A DNA stretch of 64,000 bases. It comes from Spirochaetota bacterium (GTDB lineage Bacteria > Spirochaetota > Spirochaetia > JABEVK01). Of this stretch, positions 20,997 through 29,692 are shown one piece after another. Position 1 is the first letter of the stretch. Each line of letters starts with the position of its first letter. The notes under the pieces were generated by a model, which was given only the letters and a program-made list of their open reading frames with translations, searched no databases and was not told where the DNA came from. The position numbers and the translations under genes are program-made. The stretch lies in contig JAIFLN010000101.1 of assembly GCA_020049045.1 (NCBI GenBank), forward strand, positions 2,117-66,116, given 5' to 3'.

Positions 20997-21668
20997 ATGC
21001 ACAGAATTCTTCTCGTCGAGGACGAAGCGCCGCTGAGAGAAGCCCTGGCAGCCTATCTGCGCCGGGAAGGCCTGACCGTTGACGAGGCGGACGACGGGGA
21101 AACTGGCTGGCGTCTTTTTCGCCTTCACACACCGGATCTCGTCGTTCTGGACCGCAAGCTGCCAGGCTTGTCGGGGGAAGAACTGTGCCGGAGAATCAAA
21201 GGATTGTCGAAGGTACCGGTGTTGGTTGCGACCAGCATGATTCAAGAAGAAGCCGTGCTCGAGGGATTTGCCCTTGGTGCCGACGACTATGTCCGCAAGC
21301 CCTACAGCGTCAGGGAAATGACAGCTCGGGTTCAAGCACGTTTGAGGCAGGTGCGACCGTCCCGGCTTCTGGAAGACCGGGCAAAGGGATTGAGCCTTGA
21401 TCCGGAGGCAAGAACCGCCCAGCTTGCCGGTGCAGTATTGGCCCTGACACCCCATGAATTTGATCTCCTTGCGCTCTTTCTTGGAAGGCCTGACCAAGTT
21501 TTTTCGCGCCAGGAGCTTTTGGAAAAGGTCTGGGTTGACACCCTTGAAGTGTCAGACAGGACGGTCGATGCCCATGTGAAGAACCTCAGGGCTAAACTCA
21601 AAACCGCCTTGGGGGACGAACCATCGCTGGTCACCATTTACGGCAGAGGATATCGGTGGACCGTATGA
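20997..21668 (+). CDS. OmpR-family response regulator
   Basis: ILLVEDE, DLVVLDRKLP, GADDYVRKP; winged helix LTPHEFDLL...RTVDAHVKNLRAKL...TIYGRGY. Confidence 0.95.
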   Translation: MHRILLVEDEAPLREALAAYLRREGLTVDEADDGETGWRLFRLHTPDLVVLDRKLPGLSGEELCRRIKGLSKVPVLVATSMIQEEAVLEGFALGADDYVRKPYSVREMTARVQARLRQVRPSRLLEDRAKGLSLDPEARTAQLAGAVLALTPHEFDLLALFLGRPDQVFSRQELLEKVWVDTLEVSDRTVDAHVKNLRAKLKTALGDEPSLVTIYGRGYRWTV

Positions 21669-23068
21669 AACCGACCCGTCTCTCGACGGCTTTGGCCATC
21701 CTTTTTTCAGTACCTTTCGCACTCGCCGTGGGAATTCTGGCCTTGGTTCTCCGGTTTAGTATTGAGACGAGCTTTCAGAGTTACCTCGATAATACCCAAG
21801 CCGCCACTCACGGACGGATTATGGGTATTTTAAACAGCCTTCATTCGCCAGACGGGCTTTGGAACACACAGGAAGTGGCAGCTTTAGGTAGGGAAGCTCT
21901 TTTGGAAGGATTGGTCCTGGCGCTAAAAGATGGAGAAGGAAAGCCGGTTTGGGATGCCCGGACGGATGATCCTGAGACAGTAGCTCAGGTTTTTGCCACT
22001 TTGGAGCGTAACTTGAAATCTCGGATACCTTGGGAAACGGGCCGTTGGGAAACCTGGGAACACCCTGTCGAGGACCGCCACGGAGCCGAGGCTACGATGG
22101 TTCTCGAGATTTTTCAGCCCCGGCGCCTGGGCCCTTCGGATTTGGCTTTTTTGGAAGGCATGGATTTTCTTTTGGCTGCAGCCGCTCTGGCCGGTCTGGT
22201 ACTCAGTTCCGTCCTCGGATATTGGACAGCCCGATGGTTGGTCCAACCCTTGAAACAGCTTCAGAACGTCTCGTACCGACTTGCCGCTGGAGACTATTCC
22301 CCTCCAGACCTCACTTCCACAGCCTTTACAGAGATCGAGGAGCTGGAAACCACCTTCCGTCAGCTGGCAGAGCGTTTAGCCCACCTTCAAGCGCTGAGAG
22401 ATACCGCAGGGGCTGATACCGCCCATGAGCTTCGCACTCCATTGGCCAACCTGGAAGCCCAGCTTGAAGCCTTGGAGGATGGAGTGCTCGAACCATCTAC
22501 CCAGCGCTTTGCCACCCTGGGGAAAGAAATCCGCCGGTTGAAGGACCTCGTCCAAGCCTGGGAGGATTTGGAGCGCGCCCGGTTTCAACCCAGCCCGTCA
22601 AGACTCACAAGAGATCCGGGATTGGTGATCGCCCGGGTCGTCGATACCTTTCGGACGCGGACACAAACCCTGGGGCAAATTCTGACGTTTCAAGCGGATT
22701 CCGAAGTTTTAACCCTCCCCCTAGCCGAGGCCGATTTGGTCCGGGTCCTTGTGAATCTGGTGGAAAATGCCCATCGGCATACGCCTAAAAATGGAAGCAT
22801 AGAAATCCTGCTCACCAAAAATTCCAAGGGAACTGAACTGACGGTTGATGATAGCGGTCAGGGAATTCCCGCCGGACATCGCGATGCTGTTTTTGACCGT
22901 TTTTATCGAGTTGAGGCCTCCCGCAGCCGAAACTCGGGAGGACTTGGTTTAGGCCTCAACTTGGTGAAAATTCTAGTAGAAAGCTCCGGCGGGACAATCG
23001 AAGCCTTGGAAAGTCCAAAACAAGGTTGCAGGATTCGTATGCATTTTCTCTACAAAGAGGAATCGTAA
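21665..23068 (+). CDS. HAMP sensor histidine kinase (BaeS-like)
   Basis: Two TM segments, HAMP, H-box AHELRTPL, N-box NLVENA, DSGQGI, FDRFYRVEASR, GLGLGL. Confidence 0.94.
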   Translation: MKPTRLSTALAILFSVPFALAVGILALVLRFSIETSFQSYLDNTQAATHGRIMGILNSLHSPDGLWNTQEVAALGREALLEGLVLALKDGEGKPVWDARTDDPETVAQVFATLERNLKSRIPWETGRWETWEHPVEDRHGAEATMVLEIFQPRRLGPSDLAFLEGMDFLLAAAALAGLVLSSVLGYWTARWLVQPLKQLQNVSYRLAAGDYSPPDLTSTAFTEIEELETTFRQLAERLAHLQALRDTAGADTAHELRTPLANLEAQLEALEDGVLEPSTQRFATLGKEIRRLKDLVQAWEDLERARFQPSPSRLTRDPGLVIARVVDTFRTRTQTLGQILTFQADSEVLTLPLAEADLVRVLVNLVENAHRHTPKNGSIEILLTKNSKGTELTVDDSGQGIPAGHRDAVFDRFYRVEASRSRNSGGLGLGLNLVKILVESSGGTIEALESPKQGCRIRMHFLYKEES

Positions 23069-23736
23069 CAGATATGCTTGGCAAGCAGTGCAGAAACGAA
23101 CACAGGTGAACTGCCTTCAACAAGAAGTGTGACACCCTCCGGCACGGATGATTCCACTTTCACCCGGATGCCTGGTTTCAGGCCGGCCCTTTCACACAAG
23201 GGCAACATGGCTGGGATTCCTTCGCCCTCCTCGGTGATGCGCACAAGAAGAACAGAGCTTCCCACGGAAGCGGAAGGCAGACGGGGAGCGGCCAAAAGCT
23301 TGGCTTCTACTGAAGTTCCAGGCAAAGGATTTCCATGAGGACAGGTCTGAGGATAGCCAAGCTTGGCGTCAAGGTGCTCGGCAAGGTCATCGCTGATTTG
23401 ATTCTGAAGAACTTTGGCCTCTTCATCCGATTTATCCCAAGCGAAATCCAAGGTCTTGACTAAAAGATGCTCAAGAAGGTAGTGACGTTTGAGAACTTTG
23501 AGAGCAAGTGCCCGGCCGGTTTCAGTGAGAAAAACGTGTTCGTAACGCTCTTGATTGACCAGCCCGATCTTCTTCAACCTGCCCAAGGCTTGAGTTACGG
23601 CCGAAGTTGAAACGCCCAGCCATTCAGCCAGACGATGATTGGCGGCATGACCATAATCCCTGCAGATCAAATGGATACTGGTGAGGTATTCAGCGGCGGC
23701 AGGGAAGGTTTTCAGGATCTCTGCATCGGTACTCAT
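23050..23736 (-). CDS. DtxR/MntR-family regulator with C-terminal FeoA/SH3-like domain
   Basis: wHTH (LAEWLGVSTSAVTQALGRL), RHYLLEHLL, LGYPQTCPHGNPLP, FeoA-like tail; ATG 23736 supported by the upstream promoter. Confidence 0.9.
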   Translation of the reverse strand: MSTDAEILKTFPAAAEYLTSIHLICRDYGHAANHRLAEWLGVSTSAVTQALGRLKKIGLVNQERYEHVFLTETGRALALKVLKRHYLLEHLLVKTLDFAWDKSDEEAKVLQNQISDDLAEHLDAKLGYPQTCPHGNPLPGTSVEAKLLAAPRLPSASVGSSVLLVRITEEGEGIPAMLPLCERAGLKPGIRVKVESSVPEGVTLLVEGSSPVFVSALLAKHICYDSSL

Positions 23737-23742
23737 GCGGAT

Positions 23743-23771
23743 AAAGTACCTCTTCACCGTTCTGGTGTCAA
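23743..23771 (-). promoter_or_regulatory. Sigma70 promoter (leaderless type) of the long DtxR paralog
   Basis: Minus strand TTGACA-N17-TACTTT-N6-ATG. Confidence 0.7.
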
Positions 23772-23787
23772 GGATTAGCCTACTATT

Positions 23788-24279
23788 TTAGTCGGAATTG
23801 GAGGTTTGCGACTGTCGGCAACCGGCACAACCCTCAGAATGAGTTTCCCTCGTGCACCTAAGCTGCCCGTCTGTCCCCCAGGCCAAGTCCACCTGCCGAC
23901 AATCCGCCAGGAAACGGCTGAACTCGGCCAGCCGGGCGAGAACCGTCGCATTGGCTGCATGCTCGACCCGACAGGCTACTAGTTCGGCTTCTTCGTTCTG
24001 CATACCCAGCTGATCGCGGAAAAACCGGTGCAGAAAGTGATGCCGGTCTGCACAGGCTTGTGCAACTTCTCGGCCCTGGGCTGTCAGGACAACAGGCTGA
24101 TAGGGATGATAGAGAATCAGCTCCCTTTCCGCCAATGCCCGTAAGGCTCCCGTAACGGAGGCGCGCGTGACGCCCATCTTATCGGCTACGGCCGAAGCAT
24201 GCACTTCGTCACGATCTTGAGAAATAAAAAGGATAGTCTCTAGGTAGTCTTCCAGATGAGAAGTGATGGTGGTCTTCAA
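23788..24279 (-). CDS. DtxR/MntR-family metal-dependent regulator (short form, Cys-rich tail)
   Basis: LEDYLETI, ADKMGVTRASVTGALRAL, RHHFLHRFF, ACRVEH metal site; tail C..C..CAGC. Confidence 0.9.
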   Translation of the reverse strand: MKTTITSHLEDYLETILFISQDRDEVHASAVADKMGVTRASVTGALRALAERELILYHPYQPVVLTAQGREVAQACADRHHFLHRFFRDQLGMQNEEAELVACRVEHAANATVLARLAEFSRFLADCRQVDLAWGTDGQLRCTRETHSEGCAGCRQSQTSNSD

Positions 24280-24397
24280 GTTCGCCCCCTCGCCAGTCTA
24301 ACCTGAAAGAACAAAAACGCAAGGCCAAGCCGAACCAGCGAGGCCTTGCCCTGCGATGAGATTTGTTGGTATTTTATGCACCGCGAGGAGACCTGCC

Positions 24398-24643
24398 ATG
24401 CCGACCTATGATTACGTTTGCCGCGATTGCGGCTATGAGTTCGAGGCTTTTCAGTCGATGAAGGACGACGCTTTGACAGAGTGCCCCTCCTGCGAAGGCT
24501 CGATCAAGCGAAAAGTCGGGGGAGGAGCCGGTATCATTTTCAAGGGAAGCGGATTCTATATCAACGATTCCAAGAAAGCAGAAACAAAAACAGAGACCAA
24601 ACCTGCTGAGTCCAAACCAGCAGCCGTTCCAGCCGCGACCTGA
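24398..24643 (+). CDS. FmdB-family zinc-ribbon protein
   Basis: MPTYDYVCRDCG...CPSC...FKGSGFYIND; SD GAGGAG. Confidence 0.9.
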   Translation: MPTYDYVCRDCGYEFEAFQSMKDDALTECPSCEGSIKRKVGGGAGIIFKGSGFYINDSKKAETKTETKPAESKPAAVPAAT

Positions 24644-24658
24644 GCTTAGGAGCTTTCC

Positions 24659-25480
24659 ATGCATGGACCCGAAGGCGACGAAAAAGTTGCCCAAATGATG
24701 CGCCTGCGGGCCCACATGAAAAAGATCAAACACAAAATCGTCGTGCTTTCAGGAAAAGGCGGCGTTGGGAAGAGCACCGTCAGTGTCAACTTGGCCGTGG
24801 GGCTTACCCAGAGGGGTTACCGTGTCGGACTTCTCGATACTGATATCCACGGACCAAACGTAGCTCACATGTTGGGTCTTGACCATCAGGTCATGGCTAT
24901 CCGCGAAAATGAAATCGAACCTTTTGAAGCCCGCCCCAATCTTTTTGTGGTCAGCCTCGCCCTCACGGGCCGTCCTGTCGATACCGCCTATATTTGGCGG
25001 GGTCCGATCAAAATCGCCTTGATCAACCAGTTGATGGCCGATACCCTTTGGCCCGATCTGGATTACCTGATCATTGATTCCCCTCCTGGTACCGGAGATG
25101 AGCCCTTGACGGTTTGCCAACTTCTCAACTCCTCGCTTTCTCGTGGAACGGTCATTGTGACAACTCCGCAGTCGGTTTCAGTGCTTGATGCACGCCGGAC
25201 CATTGACTTCAGCAAACAGCTGAAAATGCCCATCTTGGGGCTGGTTGAGAATATGGCTGGTTACTTGAACGCAGACGGAACAATTCTTCCTCTTTTTGGG
25301 GAAGGCGGCGGTTTGGCTGCCGCTCAGGAATTGGCTGTTCCGTTCTTGGGATCGATAGCAATGGATCCCAAAGCGGTGAAATTGTCTGAGGAAGGCAAAG
25401 CACTCCTTGAGCAAGCGACGGGGTTGCGGGACAGCTTTGACAAGGTGATTGATGGCATTATTGCGGGCTTGTTGATTTAA
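24659..25480 (+). CDS. mrp: Mrp/NBP35 (ApbC) Fe-S cluster carrier ATPase
   Basis: LSGKGGVGKST, DTDIHGP, WRGP, DSPPGTGDE, VTTPQ, GLVENM. The usual C-terminal CxxC after ENM is absent. Confidence 0.9.
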   Translation: MHGPEGDEKVAQMMRLRAHMKKIKHKIVVLSGKGGVGKSTVSVNLAVGLTQRGYRVGLLDTDIHGPNVAHMLGLDHQVMAIRENEIEPFEARPNLFVVSLALTGRPVDTAYIWRGPIKIALINQLMADTLWPDLDYLIIDSPPGTGDEPLTVCQLLNSSLSRGTVIVTTPQSVSVLDARRTIDFSKQLKMPILGLVENMAGYLNADGTILPLFGEGGGLAAAQELAVPFLGSIAMDPKAVKLSEEGKALLEQATGLRDSFDKVIDGIIAGLLI

Positions 25481-25507
25481 TCCCGATACCCCTGTATCCT
25501 GAACGGA

Positions 25508-26644
25508 ATGTTAGTCCGTTACACGAAATCCGCAGACGGTAAGCCCGTCAAACAGGCCGAAGTCTATACAAAAGAAGAGCATGGCCTGAAGCTCGACTTG
25601 ATTGACCCCGATGCCCTTTTCATCACCCGGAAGCTCCGGTCTGCCGGGTACGAGGCTTACATTGTCGGCGGTGCGGTTCGTGATTTGCTCCTTGGAAGAA
25701 AACCAAAGGATTTCGACATAGCCACCGATGCTCACCCCAGAGCCATCAAGAAAGTTCTTCCTTTCAGCCGGATCATCGGTAAAAGGTTCCGCTTGGTTCA
25801 TGTCTACTTCGCAGCCGGAAAAATCATCGAAGTGGCAACCTTCCGCAGCAATGTGGAAGGAGACAACAACGTCTTCGGTACCTTGGAGGAAGATGCCAAG
25901 CGTCGTGATTTCAGTTTCAATGCGCTCTATTACGATCCCAAGGACCAGTACATTGTTGATCAAGTAGGCGGGGTTCGTGATGTCAAAGCGAAGAAACTGA
26001 AAAATGTCATTCCATTGGAACTCATCTTTGATGAAGACCCGGTTCGAATGATCCGTGCTACCAAGTACGCTACGACCAGCGGTTTTTCCATTCCGTGGAA
26101 CCTCGCTTCCAAAATCAAACAGAAGTCTTCCCTGCTGGCTTCCATTTCTCCTTCGAGACTTACAGAAGAGTTCTATAAAATTCTTCACTCTGGAATGGCT
26201 CGCCCGATTTTCTCTACCATGGCCAAATTGAAGGTTCTCGATTCTTTCGTTCCTTCGCTGGGGAAAGAACTCAGTAAACCTTTCTTCAACCCCCTTGCTA
26301 AACTTTTGACTGGTGGTTTGGACCTGCTCGATGCTGAGATGAAGGCGGGGAAGGAACCTGACAGGGCCACAGAGCTGACGTTTCTGATTGCACCCCTGCT
26401 GGAATCGCAGGGGTGGGCAGCGAAAGCAACCCAGGAAGACTTTGAACCACTGATCGCCCAGTTGAAGGAGTGGTTCAAACCGATCATTCCATCCAACCAG
26501 GAGTTGGAGAATTGTCTGCGCACTTTGTTCCGTGTTTGGGCCGTGCGAGCTCCTCGAAAACGCCCCCCCCGCCCCCGCCGACGGCGTTCTGGAAATTCCG
26601 AAAGCGGTTCACGTCCCCCGAAAGCTGAACCCAAACCTCTGTAG
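25508..26644 (+). CDS. pcnB: Poly(A) polymerase
   Basis: VGGAVRDLLLG..PKDFDIAT, PAP-specific signature IIGKRFRLVHV, RRDFSFNALY, EDPVRMIRA, Arg-rich C-tail. Confidence 0.92.
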   Translation: MLVRYTKSADGKPVKQAEVYTKEEHGLKLDLIDPDALFITRKLRSAGYEAYIVGGAVRDLLLGRKPKDFDIATDAHPRAIKKVLPFSRIIGKRFRLVHVYFAAGKIIEVATFRSNVEGDNNVFGTLEEDAKRRDFSFNALYYDPKDQYIVDQVGGVRDVKAKKLKNVIPLELIFDEDPVRMIRATKYATTSGFSIPWNLASKIKQKSSLLASISPSRLTEEFYKILHSGMARPIFSTMAKLKVLDSFVPSLGKELSKPFFNPLAKLLTGGLDLLDAEMKAGKEPDRATELTFLIAPLLESQGWAAKATQEDFEPLIAQLKEWFKPIIPSNQELENCLRTLFRVWAVRAPRKRPPRPRRRRSGNSESGSRPPKAEPKPL

Positions 26645-26679
26645 TACCTTCTTCAAGGAAATAAATCCCTTTCAGTGAG

Positions 26680-26710
26680 TTGACAGTCTTATTCGGTTAG
26701 CATAACCTAA
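26680..26710 (+). promoter_or_regulatory. feoAB promoter with overlapping DtxR/IdeR-type operator
   Basis: TTGACA (26680-26685)-N17-TAACCT (26703-26708). The 19-mer TTCGGTTAGCATAACCTAA (26692-26710) matches the DtxR consensus TTAGGTTAGGCTAACCTAA at 16/19. Confidence 0.8.
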
Positions 26711-26736
26711 GTTAACTCTGATTAAGAGGGGTAGGA

Positions 26737-26973
26737 ATGACAATTGGAGATTTGAAAACTGGCGATAGCTTCATTGTGAAAGGGGTGGAACTCTCCCGCG
26801 AAACCGGTAAACGGCTGGCTGACATGGGCTTCACCAAGGGTGTGGAGGGAAAAGTGGTTCGAAAAGCCCTCTTCGGCGACCCCTTTCAAGTTTGCATCCT
26901 CGGCTATCATGTCTCGATCCGTCGCGCCGAAGCGGCAGGCATTCAGATCGAACGAATGGTGACTCCTTCGTGA
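26737..26973 (+). CDS. feoA: Ferrous iron transport protein A
   Basis: KRLADMGFTKG, KALFGDP, SIRRAEA; stop overlaps the feoB start. Confidence 0.93.
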   Translation: MTIGDLKTGDSFIVKGVELSRETGKRLADMGFTKGVEGKVVRKALFGDPFQVCILGYHVSIRRAEAAGIQIERMVTPS

Positions 26974-29006
26974 AGCCTCTTCGCATTGCCCTGGCAGGAA
27001 ACCCTAATTGTGGAAAAACCACTCTGTTCAACAAACTGACGGGTTCCCATCAGAAGGTAGGCAACTATGCCGGTGTCACCGTCGACACCAAGGAAGGCCG
27101 GTTGATGCACAAGGGACGGGAGATTGCGATCTTTGACCTTCCCGGCACCTACAGTCTGACGGCCTATTCGCTGGATGAGATTATTGCCCGGGACTTTGTC
27201 TTGGATGAAAAACCAGATTTGATCATCAATGTGCTTGATGCCACCAATTTGGAACGCAATCTCTTTCTATGCCTACAATTCCAAGAGCTCGGCATTCCCA
27301 TTGTCGCCGCCCTCAACATCATCGATCAGGCCGAGGCGATGGGTTTGACCATCGACCATCGTCTATTATCACGGCTTTTCCAAATTCCCATTGTCCGGAC
27401 CGTCGGAGCCAAGGGTCAGGGCCTAGAGGAGCTTCTCGATGCCGCTGTAGCGGTGGCAGAAAGTCCTATTGCGGCGATACCGACTCCTTACGGAAACGAA
27501 TTGGAAAGCGTTTTGACCGGTATCATTGAAGTTCTCAATACCGACCTTCCTTTTGCTGCCTCGTTCCCCAGCCGGTGGATGGCCCTCAAGCTGCTGGAGA
27601 AAGACGCCGACGCCGCCAAAAAATTATCTGCCCATAAGAACAGGTCTCTGGTTGAGGCTTCCCTGGCCGCAGGAATCCTTACTTTAGAACGGCATTCCGG
27701 CCGGGATGCGGAGATTCTCATCAGCGAGGCCCGCTACGGCTTTATCCATGGAGCGGCCAAGGAAACGGTCACTCGTGACCGTGCGACAGTACCCCTGACC
27801 GAAAGAATTGACTCGGTGCTCCTCAACCGCCTGTTAGGGTTACCTCTGTTCCTGGGCATACTCTGGCTGATTTTTCAGGCTACCTTTACGCTGGGGGCCT
27901 TCCCGCAAGAATGGCTGGACCTCCTCTTCGGCTGGATGGCAGAAAGGGCAAGAACCATCCTCGAGCCGGGATTGCTCCAATCCCTTTTCGTAGATGGAAT
28001 TCTAGGTGGTGTCGGCAGCGTATTGAGCTTTGTGCCACTTGTCATCCTTTTGTTCCTTTTTATCAGCTTGTTGGAAGACACCGGATATATGGCTCGAGCA
28101 GCCTTTGTTATGGACAAATTCCTGCATATCTTTGGACTTCATGGTCAAAGTTTTCTCCCCATGATGCTGGGGTTTGGTTGCTCGGTACCAGCAATCATGG
28201 CCGCACGGACTCTGAAAAGCACCAAGGACCGGATTGTGACAGTTCTTGTGACTCCCTTTATGAGCTGCGGTGCCAAGCTTCCTGTCTACATACTGCTGGC
28301 GGGCACCTTCTTTTCATCCCATGCTGGAGCCGTGGTCCTTTCCATTTATCTGATCGGCGTCCTTCTGGCTCTGGGGTCTTCCTGGGTCTTCCGTAAAACG
28401 GTGCTGCGCGGAGAAACAACCCCCTTTGTCATGGAGCTGCCCCCCTACCGGATGCCGACCTTCCGGGGTGTGGTCTGGCATGTCTGGGACAAATCCTTTC
28501 AATACTTCAAGAAAGCGGGGACAGTCATCTTGGCTGCTTCGGTGTTGATCTGGGCAATTACCACCTTCCCTCAATCACCAGAAGGCACACCCCCCGAACA
28601 AGCGATGGAGGCCAGTGTTGCAGGCTGGGTCGGCAAGGCCCTTGAGCCGCTTGTTGCTCCCATGGGTTTCGACTGGAAGGTAGCGATTGCCACGGTAACA
28701 GGTTTTGCCGCCAAAGAAACGGTGGTTTCGACTCTGGGCATTCTCTACAAGGTAGGGGATTCCACCAAACAGGAAGCCTCCCTTCAGGCTGCCCTCAGAA
28801 ATGATCCCGTTTTCAACCCCTTGGTCGCCTATACCCTCATGCTCTTCACTCTGATTCTTGCGCCTTGTTTTGCCGCTCAGGCCACCATCAGGGCAGAATT
28901 AGGAACAAGATGGCTGGTCTTCTACGTGCTGTTCTCGATTATGGTTTCATGGACCTTGTGTTTCGGGGTGTATCAGATGGGAACGCTGCTGGGAATAGGA
29001 GTTTGA
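26970..29006 (+). CDS. feoB: Ferrous iron transport protein B
   Basis: GTG 26970; GNPNCGKTT, GNYAGVTV, DLPGTYSL, LEDTGYMAR, GFGCSVPA, PFMSCGAKLP, FVMELPPY, GFAAKE. Confidence 0.97.
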   Translation: MKPLRIALAGNPNCGKTTLFNKLTGSHQKVGNYAGVTVDTKEGRLMHKGREIAIFDLPGTYSLTAYSLDEIIARDFVLDEKPDLIINVLDATNLERNLFLCLQFQELGIPIVAALNIIDQAEAMGLTIDHRLLSRLFQIPIVRTVGAKGQGLEELLDAAVAVAESPIAAIPTPYGNELESVLTGIIEVLNTDLPFAASFPSRWMALKLLEKDADAAKKLSAHKNRSLVEASLAAGILTLERHSGRDAEILISEARYGFIHGAAKETVTRDRATVPLTERIDSVLLNRLLGLPLFLGILWLIFQATFTLGAFPQEWLDLLFGWMAERARTILEPGLLQSLFVDGILGGVGSVLSFVPLVILLFLFISLLEDTGYMARAAFVMDKFLHIFGLHGQSFLPMMLGFGCSVPAIMAARTLKSTKDRIVTVLVTPFMSCGAKLPVYILLAGTFFSSHAGAVVLSIYLIGVLLALGSSWVFRKTVLRGETTPFVMELPPYRMPTFRGVVWHVWDKSFQYFKKAGTVILAASVLIWAITTFPQSPEGTPPEQAMEASVAGWVGKALEPLVAPMGFDWKVAIATVTGFAAKETVVSTLGILYKVGDSTKQEASLQAALRNDPVFNPLVAYTLMLFTLILAPCFAAQATIRAELGTRWLVFYVLFSIMVSWTLCFGVYQMGTLLGIGV

Positions 29007-29007
29007 G

Positions 29008-29163
29008 ATGGAACTTGTTGTTGTTTCGCTGATCGTCGTAATGGCGGCCTGTTATGCTTTGTGGAAATTCTGGAGACTTATGAAACCCGGTGCCAACAAG
29101 CAGGGGTGCAGCTGTTCTTCCGCAAAAAGCGGCTGTACCGGCTGCCCCCTTGTCAAACCCTAA
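29008..29163 (+). CDS. FeoB-associated Cys-rich membrane protein (51 aa; not in ORF track)
   Basis: MELVVVSLIVVMAACYALWKFWRLMKPGANKQGCSCSSAKSGCTGCPLVKP; SD AGGAG; starts 1 bp after the feoB stop. Confidence 0.85.
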   Translation: MELVVVSLIVVMAACYALWKFWRLMKPGANKQGCSCSSAKSGCTGCPLVKP

Positions 29164-29168
29164 ACCGC

Positions 29169-29312
29169 CTAGTTGACGCCTTCATCACAGGCACCGTCTT
29201 CATCAACAAAACGGTCTTGTTCGGCGTCATGCGCCTTGTCACAGGGATCGAGGATCAAGGGCACATGTTCCCTAGCCTTGGTTTCTTTGTTTTCTTTGCT
29301 CTGTTCAGCCAT
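29169..29312 (-). CDS. Small acidic two-cysteine protein (47 aa; not in ORF track)
   Basis: MAEQSKENKETKAREHVPLILDPCDKAHDAEQDRFVDEDGACDEGVN; perfect AGGAGG SD 8 nt before ATG; fills the gap between neighbouring genes. Confidence 0.7.
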   Translation of the reverse strand: MAEQSKENKETKAREHVPLILDPCDKAHDAEQDRFVDEDGACDEGVN

Positions 29313-29375
29313 GGTAATAGCCTCCTATTTTTGTCAAGATAAGCCCAAGACATCAAAAAAGGAACCAATAAAAAA

Positions 29376-29642
29376 ATGTCGGATCAAGAACCTGCCCCTT
29401 TCACACTGAGCCGCGAACTCGACCTGCATACTTTTCTACCCAAAGACATCCCATCCGTAGTGGAAGAGTACCTGTTGGAAGCCCGGCGCTTGGGCTTTAA
29501 GCACGTCAGAATCGTGCATGGGAAGGGCATCGGTTTTCAACGGGAAGCCGTCAGAAAAGTATTGTCCGTAACACCATTTGTAACCGAGTATGAGGATGAC
29601 TCAGGCAACCGCGGAGCAACTTGGGCAACGCTGAAGGCATAA
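29376..29642 (+). CDS. Stand-alone Smr/MutS2 domain protein
   Basis: ELDLHTF, VRIVHGKGIG..R, GNRGAT. Confidence 0.9.
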   Translation: MSDQEPAPFTLSRELDLHTFLPKDIPSVVEEYLLEARRLGFKHVRIVHGKGIGFQREAVRKVLSVTPFVTEYEDDSGNRGATWATLKA

Positions 29643-29670
29643 AAAAACCACCCGCAAGGGTGGTCTTTTC
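29641..29670. terminator. Bidirectional rho-independent terminator between smr and rpmE
   Basis: AAAAAA-ACCACCC-GCAA-GGGTGGT-CTTTT between convergent genes. Confidence 0.8.
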
Positions 29671-29692
29671 TGGGAACTCCGCTTGCAGAGAA

